Assembly (NCBI GenBank): GCA_036785375.1
Contig: JAWMAR010000462.1
Location: 1,488,001 to 1,552,000 of the forward strand
Reading direction: 5' to 3'
DNA length: 64,000 bases
From: Leucoraja ocellata
Lineage: Eukaryota
Part shown: one piece after another, positions 51,231 to 63,295 of the stretch
Numbering within the stretch: the first letter of the stretch is position 1
Layout: every line of letters starts with the position of its first letter
Notes under the pieces: generated by a model
The model's database searches: none
What the model saw: only the letters and a program-made list of their open reading frames with translations
Told to the model about the DNA's origin: nothing
Made by a program: the position numbers and the translations under genes

Positions 51231-51444
51231 GTAGGAAAGAACTGCAGATGCTGGGTTAAATTGAAGGTAGACACAAAATGCTGGAGTAACTCAGCGGGAA
51301 GGAATGGGCAACGTTTCGGGTTGAGAAGAAGAGTCTTGACCCGAAACGAAGTCTGTGAAGGGTCTCGACCCAAAATGTCACCCATTCCTTCTCTCCAGAG
51401 ATGCTGCCTGTCCTGCCGAGTTACTCCAGCATTTTGTATCTACC
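51231..51444. mobile_element. Head-to-head Penelope terminal-repeat dimer
   Basis: Left arm minus, right arm plus; junction contains two tandem partial hammerhead cores. Similar older dimers at about 50520-50720 and 55446-55666. Confidence 0.75.
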
Positions 51445-51739
51445 TGAAGCTCAGTCTCTGGTTATAGACGTCCTTGCTACTGTTAATGCTCTACTCTATT
51501 CCCCTCAAATTTTACATACCCAATCCCTCCAGAGCATGAACTGGTCACTATTCCACTGTTCATTAAAATCTCATGTGCCCATTTACCCTTATTGTGTCAT
51601 CGCCTCTTGCCTTTGGGTGTGGCTTGGTGAGCTGATGAGTTGGAATGGGTCTGATAAGTCCCGTAAGGACGCCCCATCACCAAAATCCAACAGCATGTAG
51701 CGGAGCCAAGGAAAACGCAAGGAACTGCTCATGCAGTTT

Positions 51740-52160
51740 AGAAAGAAAAAAGTGCTGGAGACACCCAGTGGTCAGGCAGCATCTCCGGAAAACATGGACA
51801 CGTAACATTTCAGGCTGTGACCCGTCCTCCTGATTGCAGTGGAGGGGAGGGAAGAAAGCTGGGAAAGGGGTGGGGTTTGGACCAAGTCTGGCAAGTGATA
51901 GGTGAACACAGATTAGGGGCATTTGATTAGCAGATTGGTGGGCAAAATGTTAGTAATGAAAGGGTGCAAGATAAAGAGAAGTGAAATGTGAAGGCGGGGA
52001 TTTAGGTGGAAGGAATTGGTTGGGGGGGGAGAAGCAAAGGGGGGCACCCCAGAGCAGAGCACGGGGAAGAGAAATGGGGAAAGAACAGGGTTTAGCCTAA
52101 CATTGGAGAAGTCAATGTTTCATACCATTGGGTTGCAAGCTACCCAAGTGGATTATGAGT
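51740..52160 (-). mobile_element. Penelope-like element 3' end
   Basis: Minus ORF ends LIIHLGSLQPNGM (end of the GIY-YIG region), followed by the 3' region and terminal repeat. Confidence 0.75.
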
Positions 52161-53086
52161 GGCAGAGCCATTATCTTCAATGGAATCCTGCACAGAATAA
52201 TCACTCCCACACATTCATTGTGTTTATTTCTAAGAAATTTATTATCCCAAGCCAGCACAAGATAAAACAAGGCAGAAAATTGATTTCTGTACATGATGAG
52301 AAACAAGTACCATAGAATTCTCTTTTATCTATTATAAAATAGAACTGTCACTGAAAGGTTATGTACAAGCTTGAACTTCAAAATATTTAATTATTTACAC
52401 CAAAGTTATTTACATACGCTAACTGCCTCCTAACAGTTGAGTTCAGTGGACATTGATTCATTCCCAAGCTGGGAAGCATTGTAGCTGGATTGACATCTGT
52501 TGGGATCTTTCCAGCTCCTCACTTTTATCTCTCAGCTATGAATGTAAACACTACTCTCTAAGCCCACTGTCCCAATGCCCCCCTTCCCTGTTTTAAGTTT
52601 ATTGATCCATTCATGTGTCCGTGGGATTGGAATGGAAGCCTAGTTCACAAAATAGAGCAGGTTGATCTGACTTGACAAACTGCCTATTACTAATATCTTC
52701 AAGCAACTGATTCTATGTAACATCACTGTACTCAGACACATACATATTGGATTAAAACACGGAGTCACTTCGTTGCTGCCCACACACAGCTAACACTACG
52801 GGGCAGCAATTACATTTTTTAATAAACTCCCCTTTAGTCAACTGTAAAGTGAGACTAAGACCAAAACATTCATTTGAATATTCACATTTTACAGCTTTGA
52901 TCGCATACTGGAATCTTAACCAGTTATTCCTTAAATATGAGACTCCAGGCCAGAGCAGAATCTGTTTATTCAAACATCCAAGATGCCACAGTAAACATTC
53001 TGTGTTGGTAATTTTCCTTCTGCATGTCTTAGATTCTCTCTTCCTGCAAAGGCTGTAGCAATCTAAACTGTTCGTCTGCTTTCAAT

Positions 53087-53114
53087 GTGTGTGTGTGTGT
53101 GTGTGCGTGCGCGT
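53087..53114. repeat. (TG)n/(CG) microsatellite
   Basis: tgtgtgtgtgtgtgtgtgcgtgcgcgtg. Confidence 0.85.
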
Positions 53115-55963
53115 GATGCAAGTTTCTAATATTGACAATCTCTGGCTGCATTTAAAACTCAAATTTAATTTTGTCTTGAAATCTAATTAGCTCTTTAAGA
53201 CTTGGACTCTTTCATTCATTTGACAATTTGACAATTTGACATTGATTGTCCAGATAACGTGCTTACAAAAACCACAACTTGATATTACACGTAATGTTAT
53301 AAATGGGCAAGGATTCACACCTGTAATTCCACACAAAATTTCATTTGTGCCACCAAAAGAGGGGTTGGTTAGACTATGGAAAGGAAAGTCAGTGGTGCTG
53401 AGACCAGACCAGTTCTTCTTTGCCAGAAGAGGAAAGCAATGGGAAAGTTAGCCAGTTTGGTGTTGGAAGATTGGAACTAGAGAAGGTTTCTGATTGTGAG
53501 TCTTTGAGCAGATCTTTGTCGAGGAGACCAGCAGAGTATCAACACCCTCTACCAATGCAGGGTCATTTGAAAAGAGCTGATTTTTTTCCTAGATATATAT
53601 ATAAATATATATATATAGTATTTAGTTTTATAAAAGTATGACTTTTCTCTGAAGTCAGTGGCTTCAGTCTTTTTATTTCAATGAACAGTTCAGTTCACCC
53701 AAATGAGTTTGGAGCATTCAAAACAGCCCCCATGCCTTTGCTAAGTGTTTCAAGGGAACTTGGTTCTACTTTGTCACATCACTCCATCTCTTCAATGTGA
53801 ACTTTTGTTTCCCAGCTTTTGACTCTGAAGAACAGACACACAATAGTTAGTGAAAGGGAATGAATTAGTTTGAAGCAAAATCCTGCAATTGTCAGTTTTG
53901 CCCAAATTACATTATACGATATTGACATATGTTGATCATACAATTGTGATTTTTAAGACGCATGAACAGATATATGGATAGGAAGGGTTTAGAGAGCTAG
54001 GTGCCAAATGCAGCAGGCAAATGGGACAAGTCCAATACGCCAACTTGGTCAGCATGGAGAAGATGGGTCGAAGGGCCTATTTCCATCTTGTACAGCTGTA
54101 TTGTCTATTGTTAGGGAAGAAGTATTGCATGTACGTTACATTTCTCTCGAGCACAGTGACTTTTGTGGCCAACCTCACCACTGTTTTGTGCACAGTGACT
54201 CTTGTGATAGAGATGAGATGAATGACCATTTCACCATGAGATCCTCAGCCTTGTTTATCTGAACAGGCATTCTCTGCTCTGGAAAATAATGTGGCTTAAC
54301 AGTATCTGCATGAGAACTGTGTTCCAGAGTGTTAATGCTGACATGTAGCAATGCTGTCAGTCAAACTCCTGGATCTTCCGCTCAGACCATTGGAGTATAT
54401 TCACAGCACATGTGGGGCCTGTTCACATAAATGGTGCATCACCATCTTCTTAGCACAACAACCAAAAGGCAGTAAATAAATGCCCTCAACATCCACATGA
54501 CGAGACTGAAACATCTCTAGCCTGAAAATTGGAAATGACTGAAATACACTGATAATTAGCTCTTATCAAAATTTTATTGCACTGATTGTGGATGATCAGC
54601 CATGATCGCATTGAATGGCGGTGCTGGCTCGAAGGGCCAAATGGCCCACTCCTGTACCTATTGTCTATTGAAATAAAAGAAATAGCAAATCTAAAGCATA
54701 AAATGAATTTTATCACTGATTACACCAATATAATGGGCATTTTAAAATATTTTTAGACATTTTTGATAACATCTGCAACATATTCCACAGCAAGCTACCA
54801 ACAGGAAATGGCGGGTACTAGGCAGTTTACCTTTGGACACTTTAGATGGGTGGTCTTTGGGTAGATATGCGCCAAACTGGAGGAAATGATGGAGGGTTAA
54901 TGTTAATAGTAACAAATCCAGGGTGCTACTGCCTCACTGGTGGGTGGCACAGTTGGTAAAGCTGCTGCCTCAGTGCCAGAGACCCAGGTTCAATGCTCCC
55001 ACCCAACACTGAACATTTTGTAAAATGTCTGGGTTTTTCCATCCCCACCATGGGGTATGTGAAAGAAAATAAGTTGCAGCAGGAAGTAAGGAGAAAGAAT
55101 GTAATTTTTAGGATTTTCTCCTTGGGGTCGACACGTAATAGCCTCCTGTGTTTTAATATATTTTGGGTTTTACTGCATGGTTCAGAAGGCTTGTGTGTTT
55201 ATCCTCCAGCACAATAGTTGACAACAATAGCTAAATTGATTATCAGAAATGCTTTTGAGGGCCACACCCCTCAACAAGGCGATGGTGAACACCTGTGCTG
55301 CATTCCTCATGCCATCCAGCAGTTGAGCTCCCACTTCCTGCAGTTTTCCCGAAATGACACTGGAAGCCAGCATACTGAATGTGTACTAGAACTGGTTCAG
55401 CAAGCATATCCATTTTAATAGTCAAATAGCATGGTATGAGAGACATGGAACTGCAGATGGTGGAATCTTGTGTAGAACACACATAGTGCTGGAATAACTC
55501 AACGGGTCAGGCAGCATCTGTGGAATACATGGAAGGGCGATGTTTTGGGTCAGGACTCTTCCTCAGAATCAGACTCTGAATTAGACTCTGAATCAGACTC
55601 GCTGTGTGAAGATGGGTCCCAATCTGAAACATTTTACTTAAGATTTCAGCATCTGCTGTTCCTTGTGCAGACAGGCTGGTGAACTATTGTTATGTCCTTC
55701 ATGAACATCCATTGTCAATCATGACAGAACCTCATCCATGCAGAGCTGCTGCAATGTAATCATTGGTGCGGTCAAATGAGCACAAATAGTTCTGTTACAG
55801 AGGTGAACCAGAGGACTTTGTATCATGGCCAAAATCAGCCCACAATGTGACTGCCCTGCAACATGGTCCTTCTTGAAAGGAAAACTGGATGGAAGTGCCA
55901 TGTGCTGACAGCAGGTGGTGCCGTACTACATTTGTCACACAGGTTAGTACTGCCACCCACTGA

Positions 55964-56066
55964 TCACATTTGGCTTTCACAACCAAGTCTGAAGCCTCGT
56001 TGGTGCAGCTCTTCCCAATGCAATATTTCCTTCATTTTTCCTCCTTTTGAAGATGATGAACTAAAG
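55964..56066 (-). CDS. Candidate terminal coding exon of the XPR1-like gene
   Basis: Acceptor ttttctcccag|, phase-2 compatible, encodes FSSSSSKGGKMKEILHWEELHQRGFRLGCESQM*; only faint resemblance to the XPR1 last exon. Confidence 0.35.
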
Positions 56067-56299
56067 CTGGGAGAAAACTGATTTTAAGTTGCAAAGAAAG
56101 GGAGGAAAGGAAACAATGCAAAGATGGTTGATAATAGCTGGAAGGCGTGAGTTGAAGGCTCCCATCCCTCACAGAGCAACAGCTGTCTCCTCTCATTCCC
56201 CACCCACACCATTCCCTGCGCTTTAAAACATTTTATCTTTAACTTTTTACAGCTCCAATGAAATGCCATAGACTCAAAATATTAATTTCCTCTTTATCC

Positions 56300-57395
56300 A
56301 CATGGCCTGGCAGCATCTAGGAGAGAGAGTTAGTGTTTTAGGTTGAAGCCCCATCATCAGAAATGGGAAAGATGAGAAAACAAATTTGTTTTGACACAGA
56401 GGAGATGGTGAGGGATGGGATAAGGTGAGGAAATATCTCCAATGGGGCAAGGCTGACGTTGCTGATTCCTCGGATTGATGAGGGGAGTGAGAGAAGAGAC
56501 TTGGGGAACGTGTAAAAGCTGCCAGAACTACAACTGAGATTTGAAGCTGAAAAGATAATTGCTGAATGTGTTCATCTCTTCAGACTGTGTGAGTTGGGAG
56601 AATGGGGGGGGGGGGATAATCCTAGAGCAGAACTCGCCACTTCTGATGCAAACAGGAATCAAATTATCTGAAATGTCCAGATGGAAGGTGAAGTGTTGTG
56701 TCTCGAGTGGGTGGAAGTAATATCAGGATAACTGAAAGGTCTGGATGTAAATCGCAACACATCCTCTAAGACCGATTCCGAAAGGGAAGTGAAGAGTCTG
56801 GGATGGTCCTTGAGACATTTAGAACCGTAAAATGTGGGCAGCAAAACGAACTAAATGGTTGAGTTCTTTGTGTCCAGTAGGCAATACTGACGCGGGTGTC
56901 ACCGAATGAATAAAGGGGTGAAGGAGGCGCTGGGAGGTGAGAACATAGTTCCACAAGTTCAGATTTGACTGAGTGAAAGGGTGGCAATATCGAGATGATG
57001 GATGGGAAGGGATGCTGAACATGGATTTGTGGTGGGGCTTGAAGTGAAAGGAGCAGGATGGAGAGTTGGGGGTCAGAGGAAAGTGAAGGTGTGGGGAGGA
57101 GTTTGGGAATTGGAGGACTGTAGAAATGTGTGATCTGAAAGGAAGGAATTGTGTGGCAGCAATGTGTGCGCTGGAGGCAAGAGGGGAACTGTCCTGCAGG
57201 GCTCAGAGAGGGCAAGTCAGTGCTGTTACAGAGGTCAGGAATATGCATGTGCTGATATAGGCCATTAAGCTTGGATCTCAGACAGTGGATCTCGGGCAAT
57301 AGCTCTCTCCCACCACAGTGCTTCCTGACCTGCGTGGTGAGTCCGACAATTTCTGTATCTATTTCAGATTCCAGCTTCTGCAGTTTTTTACTTTC
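56300..57395 (-). mobile_element. Old Penelope-like element with inverted terminal repeat
   Basis: Decayed terminal repeats at both ends in opposite orientation; minus ORF with LYSFGDTR resembling the GIY-YIG motif LYIGETK. Confidence 0.5.
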
Positions 57396-57792
57396 CAGTA
57401 ACCTTGTTCATGTGACCATTTTTTTTCGTTAAAGATATTTCCCAGCAACCATCATGCTCTTGAACACTAGTCAGCATTAGCGTCAACAGCTATGATTTTC
57501 TTTGAGCTGTGTTTCTGGTTGCACTATAAAATTTGGGTTTTGCATTTTTGTGGTGACCCCATATTAGTTATTTATTATATTATCGATGATCACATATTAT
57601 TATGGACCTGTTAAACTGCAGCAAGTAAGAATTTAATTGTTCCGATTTTGATACACCTGGCAATTAAACGCTCTTGACTCTTGTCGCCTTTGGTGGCTGG
57701 GCGAATGATCTGAGTCAAGTGTGTGCAGAGCCTTACGTTTGCAAAGGATTAACGTGAATATAGATGCAAGTCATTGTTGTTTTTTAACTGAC

Positions 57793-58002
57793 CTTGATCT
57801 TTTAAAGGAGAAGTTGGTTTTCCTCTTGCTAGCTTTGACTTTTCCACGATTCCTGACGCCTTCCTGCTGGTCCATGAGCAGCAGCAGAGCGGCCTGGTTT
57901 CCCCTGTTCAGGGGCATGATGGAGATGTCACGGACTGCGCGGAAGTGGCCACAGTTGTTCAGATGTTCGTTCTCCAACCGGAAGAAATTCCAGACAAATC
58001 GT
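57793..58002 (-). CDS. XPR1-like exon (EXS signature [14 protein letters not shown] and C-tail)
   Basis: [54 protein letters not shown]...; acceptor ttttctctgcag|; probable donor AG|gtcagt at 57792. Unspliced read-through stops at 57771. Confidence 0.9.
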
Positions 58003-58069
58003 CTGCAGAGAAAAATGTGCAAAGTTTAAATACAGCAGAACACTATTTACAAATGAGCCGCAAGTGAGC

Positions 58070-58480
58070 GAGGTGGAAAATAAAATAGTACAGCACAGGA
58101 ACAAGCCCCGTGGCCCACAATGTCTACGATTCAATGTCAATGAATATGATTCTAATTTAAAATTTCCTCTGCTTGCTTGTGACCCATTTCCGTCAATTCC
58201 CTGCGTATCCATTTGCCTATCCAAAAGCCTCTTACACACCACTCTTGTATTTGTCTCCACCACCGCCTCAAGGATGCATTCCAGGCTCCCGCTACCCTCT
58301 GCGTTTATGTATTAAAAAATCTGCCCCACATGTCTCCTCTAAACTTTTCCCCTCTCACCTTAAAATTAGCATTTGACATTTCCAGCCTGCGGAAAAAAAG
58401 TTCTGGCACTCAACTCTATCTATGCCTCTCAAAACTTTATATGATAGTTTCCGGTCTCCCCTAAACCTCTGTTGTTCTGG
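58070..58480 (-). mobile_element. CR1 3' fragment
   Basis: aaacttttcccctctcaccttaaa and actctatctatgcctctca motifs shared with other CR1 ends in the window. Confidence 0.7.
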
Positions 58481-59169
58481 AATAAATGTTTGCACTGTAT
58501 GTTTTATCATCTCATTTCACATCATTCCACGTCAACCCAAGTATATGGATAGCAAGGGTTTAGAGATTTAAGGGCCAAATGTAGTCGAATGAAACAAGCC
58601 CAGTATGCTAACTTGGGTGACATGGACAAGGTGGGCCTGAGGGCGAGTTTGCATGCTGTACAGCTGTTTCTAACCCCTCTGATTATTATCATTAACTCTC
58701 GATAAAAGCATTATTAGTCAAAATGGTGGTGATTGGGGAATTCCTCACTGCTGGAGAACATATTGCTATAAATTATTGCACCAGGTTTGTACTAAGTACA
58801 CTATTATCCCCTTGTTGTGATTCTTTTGGGAGCTATTAAGGTCAGCATGGTGGCACAGCGATAGAGTTACTGCCTTACAGTGCCAGAGACCTGGGTTCAA
58901 TTCAGTGTACATATATATGAGTAAAGGAATAACATGAATAACATTTAGTGCAAGATAAAACAAGTAAAGTTCAATTAAAGATAGTCTGAGGGTCTCCCGC
59001 AAGGTAGATAGTAGTTCAGAACTGCACTCTAGTTGTAGTAGGATGTCAGTGAATATTTCCTTAACTCACCTACAGATGAAAGGGATGTCTTTGATACAGC
59101 TTTAGGATATGGTTATGTAATGTACTAATATCAGAACATTGACTCCCACAGTTGTCCAATTTGGGGTCA

Positions 59170-59470
59170 GAATGTGGAGAGGATGTTTCTACTCGTGGTA
59201 GAATGTAGGACCAGAGGCCATAGCCTCAGAATAAAAGGATGTACCTTTTATAAAGGAGATGAGAGGAATTTTTTTGGTCAGAGGGTGGTGAATTAGTGGA
59301 ATTCATTGCCGCAGATGGCTGGGGAGGCCGTCAATGGATATTTTTAAGGTGGAGATTGACAGATTCTTGATTAACAAGGGTGTCGGGGGTTATGCGATGA
59401 AGGCAGGAGAATGGGGTTGAAGATGGAAAGATAGATTAGCCTTGGCCTAATTCTGCTCTTAGAATTTATG
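59170..59470 (+). mobile_element. CR1 3' fragment
   Basis: Homologous to about 35235-35540 (ggaccagaggccatagcctcagaataaaagga...). Confidence 0.8.
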
Positions 59471-59597
59471 AGAACTAATGAGAATAGGACATTGATCTTA
59501 AACGTATATGAATGTGATACAGCATTTCCTGCAGCAGTCACAATCATCGTTCCTGAACTTAACTTCCTATGCCTGTGGGAATGACATTGCCTCTTAC

Positions 59598-59734
59598 CTG
59601 AAGACCTCCAGTGGAGCCAGGGTAGTGGAGATGATTTCCGCCACCTCCGATTGCTTTGTGTTAGTGAACAAGATGTTAAGTGCCCAAGCAACACGAAGTA
59701 TCACATCCTGAATCATGGCAGCATAGTAGTAGAC
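59598..59734 (-). CDS. XPR1-like exon (EXS domain)
   Basis: Manual translation [45 protein letters not shown](R); acceptor caactag|, donor AG|gtaaga; phases 0/2 fit neighbouring exons. Confidence 0.93.
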
Positions 59735-60196
59735 CTAGTTGAGCAGAGCGAATCCAGTTTAAAATTGGTTCTCAAAGTGGAAAGGACTGACACAGTTATA
59801 ACTGGTACACTGAAATATCTGGCCTATGCTGATTTATGCTCCACTTAGATGTCTGCCACCTGACAACTGGTAACTCTACCAATGTAACCTAATGCGTTTT
59901 CCATCCTTATCCATTGAGCTTTTACCCTTTTATGACCAGGTTAGGTGGGCAATCCAAGTGGTTTCTGAGAGCTACTCAAGTTACTGAGAGGTCATCTATC
60001 TGATGATGGATCGCCCATGAGTCCAGCTGCAGAGCAGTTTCCCCAGTTATATTGCAGGAGACTCTTCTTGCTAAACCTGTACCAATTGAGTTTGATGGTT
60101 CAGAGGAAGAGAGGCAAGTTTCAGGTCACATTTTTTTGAATATATTAATGTACTTAATTGTTAAGATCCTTTGTCTTTTGTATTGTTTCAAGTGTT

Positions 60197-60254
60197 TTAA
60201 TTATTCGTTATACTTTTGGAGAAATTAATTATTCGTTATACTTTTGGAGAAATT
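60197..60254. repeat. Perfect 28-bp tandem duplication
   Basis: ttaattattcgttatacttttggagaaa x2. Confidence 0.9.
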
Positions 60255-60564
60255 GCCAGCCGTCCATGTTTTATTTTAGTTGTGAGAGAAAAGCATCTCG
60301 ATGGTTTTTCCCGAAAGGTTTCGACTTATTATTGTTACGCGCACTGGACCTAGATGCAGTGTTTCGCATGCTATCCTATCAGAGCACCAAACTGTAGTGC
60401 ACTGTTCAGTGCTTCCCCTGAAGCAGCAGCACCCTCTGGTGGGAGGCTGAGACAAAGTGCTGGACATGGAGCGGCAATGTTTCTGGTCCGACCTTTGTTA
60501 CATTTTTCTCCCATCTTGTTATCTCTAATTTATCAGCGTTTTCTCTTTGCAGTTCAGAGTGACA

Positions 60565-60888
60565 CATTGGCACAGCCAGTCAAGTCACTACCTCGCCGTG
60601 CCACGGACATGGTTCAATCCTGACCTCAAGTGTTGGCTAAGTGGAGTTTGCATGCTCTCCCTGTGACTGTGCAGGTTTCATCCTACATCCTAGGCCAACG
60701 CACATCCCAGGTACGTGTTGGCCCCTGTAAACTGTGCAAAGGTAAATGCTATAATCTGGGAGAGTCGATGAGAATGTAGGAGGAATAAAACATGAATAAC
60801 ATACGATTAGTGTAAATGGATACCTGATGGTCAAGCATGGGCTTTGTGGGCCGAAGGGCCTGTTTCAGTGCTCATCTTTCTGAGACTC
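60565..60888 (+). mobile_element. HE1-like SINE
   Basis: ggttcaatcctgacct...gtggagtttgcatgctctccctgtgac...gggccgaagggcctgtttc; SINE heads alone also at about 54944-54993 and 58840-58902. Confidence 0.75.
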
Positions 60889-61833
60889 AAGGTATAGCAC
60901 GTGCCGATCCACTAATCCACACCTATCTTGCCAATCGTTCAATGGAGTTGGCAGTTTAATGTAGTGTCAAATCCTATGCTGTATAGGCACCAGAACACCA
61001 AAGACCACGTGACCAGTGGTATGTGCTATTCATATAGTTCTCCATTTCACAGGTGGCCAACATAGAGTCAGCCGTACAGCATGAAAACAGGCCCTTCACC
61101 TAACTCACCCATGCTGACCAAAATGCCCCATCTATGCTAACCCCACCTGCTTATGTTTGGGCCATATCCTTCTATATCTTTCCTATCCACGTATCCAAAT
61201 ATCTGTTAAATGCTATTATAGTACAAGTACTGCCACAACTACCTCCTCTGCCCGCTCGTTCCATATGTCCTCCACACTCCCCTCATATTTTAAACCTGTG
61301 TCCCCTGGTTCTTCCTAAAATAACGTCCTTTAATTCTGAGGCTATGACCTCTAGTCCTAGACTCCCCCACTGGTGGAAACATCCTCTCCACATCGACTTT
61401 ATCCAAACCTTTCAAAAGTTACTCCAGTAATTGTCAACGGGTCGGTCGGAAGATTTGAACTCAGTGGTCTGAGGAGATTACAATGGGAACATTGACACAG
61501 TGTGACAGAATTATGGGCAGTAGAAAATTTCATAGACAAAATGTACACTGATGTGGGAATTTCACTATTTCATCTAAATTTGGATGACACCTTCACAAGA
61601 AAGCAAGAACTTGGAAGAGAAATATTCTGCTTACTTGGTATTTAACCAACTTGGGCAAGTTAGTTAGACATGCAGGCTTCATAGACTAATTAACCACTGT
61701 AAATCACTCCTATTGTGCAGGGAGTGGATACAAAAGTGGAAAAACATAGAATTAGTGCCAACAAGTGATCGATGGTCGGCATGGATTGCAGGGCCTGATC
61801 CCGTGCTGTATCTATCAATCACCGTGCACTTAC

Positions 61834-62006
61834 TTTGTAATAGTATACTGTCTCTTCTCTCAGAAACTTGTTCTCCTTGGACTTCCTGTCCAACAGACCC
61901 CAGTCCATCTTCAGGTCCCAGCCAATGGTGAAAATGGTGCTGACACAGGTTGTCACGGCCCACAGGTAAAAGTAAACCTTTACACCGACCGTCAACTGAG
62001 AACGTT
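61834..62006 (-). CDS. XPR1-like exon (EXS domain)
   Basis: (E)[57 protein letters not shown]; WDLKMDWGL and FLREE motifs; acceptor ctctcccatag|, donor |gtaagt. Confidence 0.93.
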
Positions 62007-62269
62007 CTATGGGAGAGCAGGAAGGTGCACATGAGAATTCACTCGGCTCCACAAGCGACAGATTACTGAGCAGCACCCAGAGGGAGCGATTGTTGGTGAT
62101 CTTTTTTTAATATCCAGAAGTATGCCACAGCACGGCATGTAACCATGGCAACGGGCGGGGGGGGGGGGGGGGGGGGACCACAACTCTTTTTCTCATTGAT
62201 AAAGTAACCTGCTACAGCCAACAAATCTCCAGGCCTGCACTGCCAAAGACCAAAAATGTTTGCCCTAAT

Positions 62270-62720
62270 TATTTAGATATTTAGACAGGTGCATGGATAG
62301 GACAGGTTTGGAGGGATATGGACCAAATGCTGGCAGGTGGGACTAGTGTAGCCGCGACATGATGGCCAGTGTGGGCAAGTTGGGCTGAACAGCCTGTTTC
62401 CACACTGAATCACTCTGTGACTCTAGGTACATGGGTAGGGAAGGCTGAACGCAGATAAATGTGACTCAACTAGATGGGCCGTCTTGGTCAGCCTGGACGA
62501 GTTGGGCTGAAGGCCTGTTTCCCTGCTGCCTGACTCTACAGCCCTATTTCACAATCCATGCAGCACTTTGCCAAGAAAATATCCTTAGGGCCAACTTCAG
62601 CTCGTGGATATGAAAAGTTTTGAAGTGATTTTGAATGGGACCCAGCTTAGATGGAACATTTTAATCAGCATGGACAAGTTGGGCTGAAAGGCCTGTTTCT
62701 GTAATATATGATTCTTAGTG
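62270..62720 (+). repeat. Three successive CR1/HE1 3'-tail copies
   Basis: agttgggctgaa(n)gcctgtttc recurs near 62378, 62500 and 62677. Confidence 0.7.
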
Positions 62721-63295
62721 CTGAGAGATGCATTGGGCGAGAAGTGGGCAATATATGTTGAAGGCATCAGGCACACCAGTGCTTATGGTGACCAGCAGGT
62801 CTGAGCCATGCCCAGTGCTGTGATACCAGCCACTCTCAACCTGGCACTGAGTAACAGGTATCTGCAGTTTTTACATTGATCCAAAATGGAGTGAAGACCC
62901 AGAGATAGTAAAACCTTGATAACCCCACACCCCTGGGACTGCTCTGATGTAGATTTGCCCATTTTACAGACCATTAGGCATTGCTCTCATTATTATCTAA
63001 GCATGGTCCTGTTGCATGTTACACAGAAGAACTATACATTTTCCAGTGAACCCAGTGAGATTAAACAGCAGGAAATGTACAAACTCTCGGGACTTTGGCT
63101 TGGGTTGCAAACCCACACCAATGTTCCTGAACCCTGGTGATCTGGATCCCAACCACTGCTAGGTGGCATTCCAGACCCAGGGCACCCTACCCGCACTCTG
63201 GACCCCTGGCTCACATCCCCGATCCGGATGATGAATTATTAAAGTTTTACTGCAACTAGATCTCACCAGGATGGCAGCAGACTGATTTCACTTGC

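Noticed and set aside
52752-53033. Another phase-compatible last exon for the XPR1-like gene
   Set aside because: Translation shows no XPR1 similarity or coding character; phase match is expected by chance.
44300-57700. UBAC1, the human neighbour downstream of NACC2
   Set aside because: I found no UBL/UBA-like coding exons here.
60197-60254. CRISPR-like or functional repeat
   Set aside because: Two abutting units without a spacer in eukaryotic DNA; simple tandem duplication.
63261-63266. GT donor (gtgaga) for the XPR1-like exon
   Set aside because: An in-frame TGA at 63288-63290 lies before it; the GC donor gives the homologous junction.
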